Shown in pieces: positions 36,199-47,985 of a stretch of 64,000 nt of DNA. The translations under genes were made by a program, and so were the position numbers. Below the pieces are notes generated by a model. That model worked only from the letters and a program-made list of their open reading frames with translations. It made no database searches and was not told where the DNA came from. The DNA comes from Squalus acanthias. Lineage: Eukaryota. The stretch's first letter is position 1. The number at the start of each line of letters is the position of its first letter. Location of the stretch: assembly GCA_030390025.1 (NCBI GenBank), contig CM059432.1, positions 23,748,001 to 23,812,000 on the forward strand, in the 5' to 3' direction.

Positions 36199-36545
36199 GA
36201 TGCACTGCAGCAACTCGCCAAGGCTTCTTCGGCAGCACTTCCCAAACCTGCAACCTCTTCCACCTAGAAGAACAGGAGCAGCAGGCGCATGGGAACACCA
36301 CCACCTCCAAGTTCCCCTTCAAGTCACACACCATCCTGACTTAGAAGTATATCGCCAATCCTTCATCGTTGCTGGGTCAAAATCCTGGAACTCCCTACCT
36401 AACAGCACTGCGGGAGTACCTTCACCACAGGGACTGCAACGGTTCAAGAAGGTGGATCACCACCACCTTCTCAAGGGCAATTAGGAATGGACAATAAATG
36501 CTGGCCTTGCCAGCGACACCCACATCCCATAAACTAATTTTTAAA
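36199..36545 (+). mobile_element. LINE family B 3' end inserted in Tx1 ORF1
   Basis: Matches 41190-41520; AATAAA followed by GCTGGCCTTGCCAGC hairpin. Confidence 0.85.
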
Positions 36546-37401
36546 ACTTTTTGATTAGCACATCGTCCTCAATATAAACCAGCAGGTTTAAGAATGAGAC
36601 CACCACCTCTTCAGAATATAGCAGAGATACCTCCAAGAACTTATCGCCAACCTTCAAACTCAGTAAATGTCTTTCCACCTCCTCTCAGCCACTGACCGTT
36701 ACTTTGAACCCAACATTCGGCTTTGGTCGGCAGACAAAGCAGCTTCCCTTGCCACAGTCCTCATGTACCGCCTGGATAATATCCCAAGCTCGTATCTCCT
36801 TATCCTCGCACAGAACCACCACCGTGTTTTCTTTTCCAAACCTTCTGGGGTCCCGGCCCAAATCTTTGGGCCTTTTTTCCTCCTGTCCCCCAACATTTTC
36901 TCCCTTGATTAAATTCATCCTGGGAACATTGTCCTCTGAGGGGTCCAGCACTCATCTGGCTGCTGTTTAAGGACCAAAAAGGCCCTAAAACCTGAAAAAA
37001 GAAACCCCAAAAACCCACCACCAACTTTTTACAAACTCACTGCAAATCCCTGCAGTAATCAAGCACCCAGCAACACCTGCTCACTCCCAGCCCCTTCCAC
37101 TTAGGGAGTGCTGCCCACTGAGCCACAGCTGACATATAAGTCGGTATCATGAGCACTGGGTGACATCCTTGTCTTTTTTATGTATTAACATGATTGTGAT
37201 TGCCTTGAATTTGTCTGAGAAGGTGTCTCCAGCAGAAAATGAAAGAGTTTCCGCAGGATACGAGTAATTCAGAGTTTGAGGCGTGTTAACCTCGGCAGGA
37301 TAGCTACCTGACCCTGAGACTTTCTCAGATTGGAGGCTTTACCCTGCCAGCTGAAGCTCACTGACTGAGACTGGGACATCAAGCGACTGTCTGCTTATTT
37401 G

Positions 37402-38704
37402 GCCAAGTTTGCGGATGATACAAAGATGGGTGGAAAAGCAAGTTGTGCAGAGGACTCAAAGAATCTGCAAAGGGATATAGACAGGCTAGGTGAGTGGGCA
37501 AACATTTGGCCGATGGAGTATAATGTGGGAACGTGCGAGGTTATCCACTTTGGCAGGAAAAATAAAAAAGCAAATTACAGGAAACTCTTTATTAACCGGC
37601 ACCCAAATATCCGGAAATCTCTCTTAACCGGCAAAATTCTTGAGTAGGTAACCGGGGTTTTCCTTCATCTCTCGTTTAAAATTAACTTTAAAAAACACCC
37701 CAAGGCGTTTGCCTTGTATCGGAGCATGTAGATTGGGAGGGGAATGTGCAGCCCGGGTAGGCAGCGGACACGACAGATGGTCAGCTGGCGGTCCCCGGGG
37801 AGACGGAGCTCCGAATGCAGGCGCATGTCAATGTGTACGGGGCTCTCGTACGTTGGAGATATAACTCTCCGTTATCCGGACTTTTTGATTAACCGGCACC
37901 ACGCCGGTCCCGTCGGTGCCGGTTAATAAAGAGTTTCCTGTATTATTTAAATGAGAGAGATTACAAAATGCTACAGTTCAGAGGGACCTGGGGGTCCTTG
38001 TGCATGAAACACAAAAAGTTAGCATGCAGGTACAGCAAGTAATCAAAAAGGCAAATAGAATGTTGGCCTTTATTTCAAGGGGGTTGGAGTATAAAAGCAG
38101 GGAAGTCCTGCTGCAACTGTACAGGGTATTGGTGAGACCACACCTCGAGTACTGCGTACAGTTTTGGTCTCCTTATTTAAGGAAGGATATACTTGCATTG
38201 GAGGCAGTTCAGAGATGATTCACTAGGTTAATTCCAGAGATGAGGGGTTTGCCTTATGAGGAAAGGTTGAGCAGGCTGGGCCTATACTCATTGGAATTTA
38301 GAAGAATTGAGAGGTGATCTTATCGAAACATATAAGATACTGAGGGGGCTCGACAAGGTAGATGCAGAGAGGATGTTTCCCCTTGTGGGGAAATCTAGAA
38401 CTCGGGGGCACAGTCTCAGAATAAAGGGTCGCCCTTTTAGAACTGAGATGAGGAGGAACTTCTTCTCTCAGAGGGTTGTAAATTTGTGGAATTCTCTGCC
38501 CCAGAGAGCTGTGGAGGCTGGGCCATTAAATACATTTAAAGTGGAGATAGACAAATTTTTGCAAGATAAGGGAGCGAAGGATTATGGGGAGCGGGCTGGG
38601 AAGTGGCTTTGAGCCCTAGATCAGCCGTGATCTTATTGAATGGCGGAGCAGGCTCAAGGGGCCAAGTGGCCTTTTCCTGCTCCGATTTCTTATGTTCTTA
38701 TGTT
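37402..38704 (+). mobile_element. 5'-truncated CR1, same family as 14709 element
   Basis: Near-identical FADDTKMGGKASCAEDSKNLQ; (TTCTTATG)n tail; direct repeat CTTATTTG (37394-37401, 38705-38712). Confidence 0.92.
37578..37940. mobile_element. Tc1/mariner superfamily (pogo/Tigger-like) MITE, 363 bp
   Basis: Perfect 26-bp TIR CAGGAAACTCTTTATTAACCGGCACC, TA TSD; removal restores the CR1 sequence. Confidence 0.92.
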
Positions 38705-38812
38705 CTTATTTGTGGGAGGGTGAGCTTGGATAGATATTGTGCAGTTTTTTGTCGATTGACTTGAGATTGTTTATTGTGTACGAGCAAGCTGCAGGTTTAC
38801 TTCTCAATTAAT

Positions 38813-38986
38813 GGGGGGTAATTTTGACTGCGTGAAATAGTGTAAAATGGGTAATAACAAATAGGCAGCCCGTTTTGCATCTCTCCCAATTTTTGAATGG
38901 AAATAAAAATCGGGAGAGATGTAAAACGGGCTGCTAATTCACAATTACCCATTTTATATTAGCGCACTAAGTTAAAAATTGCCCCC
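38813..38986. mobile_element. Foldback Harbinger-type MITE
   Basis: GGGGGTAATTTT / AAAATTGCCCCC ends, AAT TSD, imperfect palindrome throughout; a similar element at ~57099-57242. Confidence 0.7.
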
Positions 38987-40899
38987 AATGAGTGCTGAAG
39001 GCTACCTGGTTATTTCAAATTCCCTTGTGCTCCGGTGTCCTATGGGGGTGTGAAATGAAAATCAAGTGCGTTCTATAAAGAGTGTATGATCTGCCTCGCC
39101 AGATTACTGCCCAGGCAGTGAAGAAGAAAACCTGCCCCACTGTTTTAGAATGGATGGTAGGTTGTACTGTGTTCTGCATTATGTACTAAGTACATTATGT
39201 ACTACTTGCTGCTAAGGCGGAGCTGTGTTTAAACTGGCCTGACACACAATCCAATAGCTGTGGTGAGGAGAGTTTGCTTATTGACAGCTGCTTGTAAATT
39301 CCCAGCTGCTGATCAGCAGGAAATGTTTGGCTTACTTCTTGCTGTTATTTTTACACTTGAATTGTGACATACAAATCTGCACGTGTGAAGAAGTGTACTG
39401 CTGGCAATGTGGTGTCTGCAGAGTGACTGACCTACTTCAAAACTAAATGAATAGAATGCGTTATCATTATATTAGAATGACATTAATTACTATCATTGCT
39501 GACCAGGAGGGGCAAAATCCAGAGCCTGGATTGCACCTGTCTTGGTTAACCCGGGAGTGGTGAATTTCCGGGCTGGGGCAGCTGTGTGTGTGTCCTGTGG
39601 CTGAGTGATCAGGAAGTGATCTGAGCTAGATGCCAACAGGAATGCCCAGTGAGGGGCGAAGCTTGGCGATGAAGTCAGGAGGCAGTGAGCCTGGGGGGGG
39701 GGACGGGGGGTGGTGGCCAGGAGCTAGCCGCATCAAGGCTGCGGCCAGGAGCTGGTGATGTCGAAGGAAGGGTGAGGAGGCAGGCAGACCGAGGCTATGG
39801 CTTGTGGGAATTTTTGCATCAAAGGTGGACCCTTGCATCTGTGCATTTCATTTTTTTTTACAATGTGGCTGTTATATAGGGCCAACAAGGTAGTAAGTCA
39901 GCTAGCTGGGGGGATCCTGAAGTAGAGTAAGGAAAGTGTCCCCATTAGCTAGAATGTTTAGCAGGTTAGAGGGGTACATCATCCGTCCAGTTGTACCTGA
40001 AAATTGAAATCGAGGTCCTACAACTGGCGTATTTAAGCAGCCTCCCACTGGAAACAAGGAGGCAGGCTGCTCGCTCCTTTACAGGCTGCCTGAAAATTGC
40101 ATCAGGTGGGCCTTATGCATCAACGGGCCGCCCCCCCCCCCCCCCACTCATTTTCAGATGAGAAATAGGCGGCCAGCAGTTGAAAATCGTCCCGTGACTC
40201 GTTGAAGGGGTTCTACAGTATTACAGTACTACACACACACATTCACAGAGGTGCAAACTTTCAGTGATATAGATAGATTAATATGCAGCATTGTTGAGTA
40301 TGCTGTAGAACAGTGGAAATTTGGAAAAGCAACTGTGTAGAAGGTATGTAGAACAGCATTAGGCCTGCAGCAGTTCACAGCAAAAGGCCCAGCACCTTCT
40401 CAGTGCAACTAAGGATGGACAATAAGTGTGGCTTTGCCAGTATCGCCGATATCCCAGGATAAAAAAGAACATGTAGGATTGGAAATGTAACAGCACAGAA
40501 AGTGGTTCAGAAATAGGTGCAGAAAGTGAACATTGTATGACCTTAGCTCTCCTATAACGGTTACTTTATTCTTCAGAATACCTCTGTATAATGAAAGTAT
40601 ATAGTGTACACAGAATAATAACATAGTTCAGATGATGTCATAAACCAAGAGAGCTACAAATGGTATTATTGTTTTTATAATGTTGGATCTGAAGGTTTAT
40701 TGGGATTGTGCCAAGGCCTGAATGCATATTAGATTTATACATAAAATTTCCCCAGGTTGTGTTTTTAAAGTCACTTACAAGAAAATTTGCTGCTCTGTGA
40801 GTATGTTGAAGGTTTTTGGTTCCAGATATTACACTTAAATCATACCTTGTATCAGGTTCTTTTTGGTATTATCAATATATACATGCAAGAAACCGCAGG

Positions 40900-42063
40900 G
40901 GGTGGGGGGGCGCGAATATTAACCCACTCCCTCATGATGAGCGGGATGGGGTGGAGATGGGGGGGGTGTTAAATCGGCAAACGCGCATGCTTCCGTTTTA
41001 ACCGTGGCGGGTTTGGGGGCGTCCGACTAAACCGCTCTGGAGAGGGGGGTCAGCTCCAACAACACTCAAGAAGCTCGACACCATGCAGGACAAAGCAGCC
41101 CGCTTGATTGGCACCCCATTTACCACCTTAAACATTCACTCCCTCCACCACCGGCGTACCGTGGCTGCAGTGTGTACCATCTACAAGATGCACTGCAGCA
41201 ACTCGCCAAGGCTTCTTTAGCAGCACCTCCCAAACCCGCAACCTCTTCCACCTAGAAGGACAAGGGCTGCAGGCGCATGGGAGCACCACCAGCTGCAAGC
41301 TCTCCTCCAAGTCACACACCATCCTGACTTGGAAGTATATCGCCGATCCTTCATCGTCGCTGGGTCAAAATCCTGGAATTCCCTCCCTAACAGCACTGTG
41401 GGAGTACCTTCACCACACGGACTGCAGCGGTTCAATAAGGCGGCTCACCACCACCTTCTCAAGGGCAATTAGGGATGGGCAATAAATGCTGGCCTTGCCA
41501 GCGACGCCCACATCCCATGAATGAAAAAATATATATATTTAAATGAGGCTCCAATCCTCGGATTTTGGCAGCTATTTAAATTCAACGCTGGCGAGCCGGG
41601 TTTCTCAGGGCTCTGGAAACCTGGCAGCTAAAGGGAGGTGGGAGCTGCCACATCCAGCAGCTGAGTGCTTTTTAGAGGACTGCTTGTGGGCCAGGAGGAG
41701 CAGGAGTGCTTCCCCTGGCCCCTCATGCAAATCCTCTGCCATGTTCGGACGACACCCCCGCCCCACCAACCAGCGATATTTCCCTGTCCCCCCTCCTTCC
41801 CGAGTGTCGGTCTGACATACCCACCATCCCTCCCTCCCCCTACAAACCCACGATGTGCCGGGGACCAAACCCAATGGTTCCCGTCTGTGGCCTTCTACCG
41901 CTCGCTTTCCTGCCCAGCAGCCTGGCCAGCCTGTCAATCTGGCTGTCTGCTGGGCGGGAAACGGAGTAAAAAAGTGATGATGAGGTCCGCATTCCGGCAT
42001 TTCCAAGTTTCCCCCCAAAAACACGAGCCCCCCCCCACTCCCTCCCCATAAATATCTGAGCCC
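40900..42063. mobile_element. Probable Harbinger-type MITE with LINE family B 3' fragment (41051-41530) nested
   Basis: Imperfect ends GGGCGCGAATATT / AATATCTGAGCCC; GC-rich body; the nested LINE fragment is unambiguous. Confidence 0.55.
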
Positions 42064-45000
42064 TTTAGAGTAATAGAGATCTTGATGCTATAAATGTTAT
42101 TCCAACTCTGAGTAATTTTATTAACTTGCAGAGCTATAGAAGCTGTATATAACCTAATGGAAATTAAACATTTCTATGGAGGATGGTTGATGTCATAAAT
42201 ATTCAGGTTTCAACTGTGACACATAAGTCTCCTCCATCTGCTGGCCAGAAAGATCCTATGCGGAATGAGTTTGGACAATCTTAACCCAGTTCCAAGTAGC
42301 TTTGTCCACAGCACACAACTGCTTATATATACTTCAGCGCTAAAATAGCCAAATTAATTAAATGTTCAAACTAATTAACTGTGCAAATTAGTAGGCTATC
42401 ATTGCAGTATTATTCCACCTGAGTGATCATAGAATACCGTCTAAATTAAATTGTGGCACTGTGCCATGGCATTTGATTAGAATTATTTCAGGAAGGTTGA
42501 CCAATTGACTCTTGCTATTCCCTATTTGGTTACTGTACTGTGTAAATTCAGAGTGCAAACTTGTCCAGCCCTAATTCCCAGTAGGTACACTTGCTCTTCT
42601 GGCTAATGTATTGTGTGTCCTCCCTTCTGCCTCACCTTCAGAGGCAGAGCTATCCAGCATAGCCCTGAAGTTTGGAATTCTCTTCCTAAAACTCTTTAGT
42701 ACTTCCTCTATCCTTCAAAAGCCTTTGGGAAGCTACCCTCTTTGACTACCTTTGATCTCCTCTAACTTCTGCTCATTCTTATGTGTCATAGTTTTCCCAG
42801 GGATGTTTATGTGAAAGGCACTATATAAATGTAAGTTGCTGAGTGGAATTCAGGCAGGAAATGGTCTTGCCCCACTTTCCCTTCACACTGCTGGCAGTTT
42901 AAGTGCATTGGGGAAAAAAAGGAATTTTAAAAAGTTAATTTTTTAATCTTAGCAGAAAGCCTATCACAACGGGGAACATTTTGAGGAAAAGGGGCAGCAG
43001 CCCAAAATGGCGGAGAATGACTTACTGCCCAGTTCTCACTGATTTTGTGGCACACGCACTGTGCACGCTCTGTCCAGTTTCAGCTGGACGGCCAGTTGAA
43101 GAGGTGCTATTTTACCCGAATGGACACCCCTCCATGACCTAACACTTTCTGGCCGATATTGTGCCAGCCTGGAGCCAGCTGGCAGCCCCAGGGCACCCGT
43201 TTGGGGTATGGAAATTCAAAATGATCTACACCTCCCCTCAGCACTAATGGGCGGCCAGCCGATAGTCAAAATCTACCTCAACGTCTCTATGCTAGCGTTA
43301 AAAATGACTAATATTACACGGCAGAGTGTTGTCATGCATGTCTTCCTGGAGCTTTGTTTTCCCTCGCTTGAGAGTGCCAGGGGTGTGGCAGCTTAAAGTC
43401 GCCCATCACCACTCCAAGTAAATGTTAAACTGATGTTAGTAGTATAATAATTTTTGTTTTATTTTGCTCTCTGGATGCGGGTGACACTGGCAAGGCTGCA
43501 TTTATTACCCATCCCTAGCTGCCCTGAGAAGAGGCTGGTAGACCACGTCCTGGATTTGAGGTGCGGACATTACAAGTCAACCACATAGTCATGAGACTGG
43601 AGTCATGCGTAAGCCAAACTGGGTAGGAGTGACAGGTTTCCTTCCCTGAAATATATTAGTCAACTAGTTGGGTTTTTTTAAAACAAAAAATAACTTTTCC
43701 TCATAAATTTTCTGGTGCCAGCCCAGAAATGATCAGATTTATTGAATTAAATTTTACAACATGCCGTGGTGGACTCCCCCCGGGTCCAATACCATAATCA
43801 CTACATTAATGTACCCAATGGCAGTGCTCTTAGTTATCTGCTTGTATTGTAATAAATGCTGTTTGACCATATGCTAAAGCGTTCGAGTTTATTAAAGACA
43901 GCCATTCACACCAACACACTCTGGACATTCACCTTTGTTCATCTCCCTGAACTTTTTCCGTAACTCCTGCTTAGTGTCCATTTTCCCTTTTCTGCAACAC
44001 CTTGGGATATGTCCCTGAATTAAAGGCACTGCAAGTGCATGTTGTTCTTGCAGCATTGTTGTGGTATTCTTCTGAAATTCAGCATTAAAAAGAAAAGAAT
44101 AATTGAGTACTGCACAGAGGAACCAATAAATACATGTTTTAAAATAAATTGTCTCAAGCTTTCGATGGCCTACTGCGCTGCCCATACTGAGCCATTCAGA
44201 CTAGGAAGATTCCAAGTTTGACCCCCTGTCTGTTCTGAGTTAGGGGATGTAAATCAAGGCAGCTATAGGAGAGCCTCGACACCCTTAAGAAGGGAAACAG
44301 TGGCTAGGGTTTCTGCTCATGATTAATATCCAGCGTTCCCAGATATAAAGTGCTGTGTATGGGCATCAAGTGTGGACAGCTTTGAGCGCGACAGTGGTGC
44401 CGCTGAGAAATGGTCACTTGGGTGAGGGGCAGGGGGAGCGAAGGAACTGTACCCCAGCAAGAATCTGCATCTTCAGAAGAAGAGAGAAATTTGTGGGACC
44501 ATTTCTCCTTAATTGATTTAATCTGCGAGGACTTGATTTTCGTAGTAGTGTAGTAGCAAGAGCTGTCATCAAGTTTATGATAACAAAGAAACACATTTCC
44601 AAGCAGGCTGATAATTGATAGCATGAACAATCATTCCTAACTAATGCCAGGACGTCACATGTTTCTGTGCTCAACAGTGATTCATGAAGTTATTAATTAC
44701 GCTACAGGTGTCAGCTTGATTTGTATCTCATCTTGTAGTACAAGGCATGTGATATTCCCAGTGCATTCACAAAGCTGACAAAATAAATATTATGGTTAGC
44801 TGTATCTCGAACCTTTTTCCTATCCTGTTTATAAATTTCATCATAATCACTTCTGACTCAGACACTGTTCAGCGCATCAGTCCTCCGACGCTAGATACTG
44901 TCCTGTGTACAAGCAGAAACAGCCCTCAAAATTCAGGCTGCGTACTATGTCAGTACAATCAGCCCCTGCTATGCTGCCCGCATGACCAATTACAAATTCA

Positions 45001-45485
45001 ATTCCAAAACTTGCCATGGTGGGGTTGGAACTCTCTGGGACACTAGTCCAGTGCCATAACCACTTCACTACTGCACTTGATACTACTACTTAGTAAAAAG
45101 GTCCCTTTCATTCAGCTCTTGCCAAAACATGAGGAATAGAGCATCCTAAAACTTTCAGTAATAGGAAACTGAAAACATTTATAGTACGACTCAAGTTACC
45201 AAAACACTTCCTTGCTTAATCAAACTGCTTTTTGTTGTAACAATGGGCATGGTTTAGAAATTCTCACTTTTCAAAAACATCTCTGATTTCCCAAACTATA
45301 AACCCAAACAGCAAACCTTCAGGGCATGTTTTTCCAAAAGAGAAAGTAAGTAGTCCAGTAATGCCGTGAAAATGTTTGCCACCGATTCCCCCAGCAATAA
45401 ATTGGAAAATAAGGGATGTTCTAGATGGCAACCTAAAAGGTAGAACCTACCGCCAAATTTATTAATGAGCTTCAGAGTTCAAGAA

Positions 45486-46120
45486 CTGTACATTGGATAG
45501 TTCAACAGCTGTACATTGGATAGTTCAATAGCTGTACATTGGATAGTTCAACAGCTGTACATTGGATGGTTCAACAGCTGTACATTGGATAGTTCAACAG
45601 CTGTACATTGGATAGTTCAATAGCTGTACATTGGATAGTTCAACAGCTGTACATTGGATAGTTCAATAGCTGTACATTGGATAGTTCAACAGCTGTACAT
45701 TGGATAGTTCAACAGCTGTACATTGGATAGTTCAACAGCTGTACATTGGATAGTTCAACAGCTGTACATTGGATAGTTCAACAGCTGTACATTGGATAGT
45801 TCAACAGCTGTACATTGGATAGTTCAATAGCTGTACATTGGATAGTTCAATAGCTGTACATTGGATAGTTCAACAGCTGTACATTGGATAGTTCAACAGC
45901 TGTACATTGGATAGTTCAACAGCTGTACATTGGATAGTTCAACAGCTGTACATTGGATAGTTCAACAGCTGTACATTGGATAGTTCAACAGCTGTACATT
46001 GGATAGTTCAATAGCTGTACATTGGATAGTTCAACAGCTGTACATTGGATAGTTCAACAGCTGTACATTGGACAGTTCAATAGCTGTACATTGGATAGTT
46101 CAATAGCTGTACATTGGATA
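45486..46120. repeat. 23-bp minisatellite, about 27.5 units
   Basis: Unit CTGTACATTGGATAGTTCAA(C/T)AG head to tail. Confidence 0.97.
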
Positions 46121-47004
46121 TAATTACCAAGTGTTATTTATTAATTCTTCTCCAGAAAAGAAGCTACTTAAAAGAATCATTTTGAAAAAGAGTTTACATA
46201 TTTAAGATAAAAGTACTGCAAGAAACAAATTAAGGTCTTTTTAAAAAAAAGAAACCCTAATTAATCCAAAATTAATATTTGGCCGGTGGCGGAAGTTGGT
46301 ATTTAAGAAGTACTTATGCTTATTGACATAAGAAAACTACTAGGCACTTGGTCTAAGCATTAAACAAAGCTTTAATCAATTGTTTTACAACATGGAGGTC
46401 TAGTTGTGTCCTTCACTAGTTCCTGTTACGAATGTCCTGCGCAAGCTGGGCCCGTGCCCGAGTATTTATACTCTCCCTGGACAGTGCCACCCGCAGGCCA
46501 CTCAGTATTATTTCATAAGTCTTTCTTTCATGAATGACATTCATGTCACTTTCCTCATAATTTTTAAAGCTGTGCTGCATGTTGTACCTACAAAAAGATC
46601 TCCATTGGAAAAAAATAGCAATGGAGATATTAATATCAATTACACTGAGTAAATTTGAAAATTTATCTTCCATTGATTGCAAAATCTAACAAAATACTAG
46701 TTATGGAAGTATTTTCAGCGGATAAGGAGTACATGGCTTCTTTACTCTTTGTAATCTTCAGCTAATTTATAATTCAATAAACAGGGTCGGGTCAACATAT
46801 TGCCTTGGATGCAGAAATGACACTGTAAGGAATAATTCCTCCAGCCTTTCACTTCAGCCGTTATTCTTAGTCCCTCTATAATTCACAGTGCAACAGTTTG
46901 TCGATAACTGCAGTCAATATTTGTATAACATCTCATTGCCAAATCCATAGATGAGCAGTCTTGATTCAAGATCATTTTTGGCAATGTGATTCATTCAGTC
47001 ATTC

Positions 47005-47875
47005 ATTCTTGGGATATAGGTGTCGCTGGTAAGGCTGGCAACCCTGGATGCCCTTAAGAAGGTGGTGGTGAGCTTTCGTCATGAACCGCTGCAGTCCATG
47101 TGGTGAAGGTACTATCACAATGCTGTTAGGTAGGAAGTTCCAGGATTTTGACCCAGAGACAATGAAGCAATGGCGCTATATGTTCAAAACGAGATGGTGT
47201 CTGATTTGGAGCGCGTCTTGGAGGTGATGGTGTTCCCATGCACCTGATGCACTTGTTCTTCTAGGTGGCGGAGGTCGCAGGTTTGGGAAATGCTTCCGAA
47301 GAAGCTTGGTGATTACTGCAATGCATCCTGTAGATAGTACATACTGCTGTACACCAGTGGTGGAGAGAGTGGATGTTTAAGCTGCTAGATGAGTGTTGTT
47401 GTAGCTGCACCCATCCAAACAAGTGGAGAATATTCCATTACACTCCTTACTTGTTCCTTGTAGATGGTGGAGGGACTTTAGGTAATCAGGAGGTGAGCTA
47501 CACATCACAGAATATCCACCCTCTGACCAGCTCTAGCAGCCATGGCATTTATGTGGCTAGTCCAGTTCAGTTTCTGGTCAATGGTGATCCTGAGGATGTT
47601 GATGGTGGATGATATGACGATTGTGATGCCATTGAATGTCAAGGAGGTGGTTAGGCTCTCTCTTGTTGGAGATGGTCATTACCTGGCACTTGTGTGGCTC
47701 AAATGTTACTTGCTACTTAACAGCCCAAGTTTGCTGCATATGAGGAATTTCAAATGGAGCTGAGCACTGTGCAATCATTAGTGAACAGCCCCACTTCTGG
47801 CCTTCTGATGGAGGGAAGGTCATTGATGAAGCAGCTGAAGACACTTGGCGCTAGGATGCTGCCCTGAGGAACTAG
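47005..47875 (-). mobile_element. LINE family B, older copy
   Basis: VPQGSILAPSVFSCFINDLPS on - strand; diverged 3' region. Confidence 0.8.
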
Positions 47876-47985
47876 ATAGAAAGTGCCACAAATTTCTAAC
47901 TTCATTCCATGCATTGTCGGTAACAAAGCACACATGTATTTTATGGGAAATATTTTGCTATTTTAACGTATGTGTGTTTAAATAA

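Larger units (their letters stand above)
30399..37105 (-). mobile_element. Tx1-type (L1 clade) LINE, near full length, degenerate
   Basis: Poly(A) at 30400; ORF1 with CYYCLGYDHLVRSC; endonuclease SINVNGL, LCLQE, NIYAPN; RT KSPGSDGL, WRPITLLNVDYKI, RQGCPLSP, YADD; C-terminal CPVC...ETLSHLLVLC. Confidence 0.9.

Noticed and set aside
35052..36267. Multiple overlapping ORFs as separate genes
   Set aside because: Low-complexity C-terminal part of Tx1 ORF1 and its antisense shadows.
45486..46120. 23-bp repeat as a CRISPR array
   Set aside because: Head-to-tail units without spacers.
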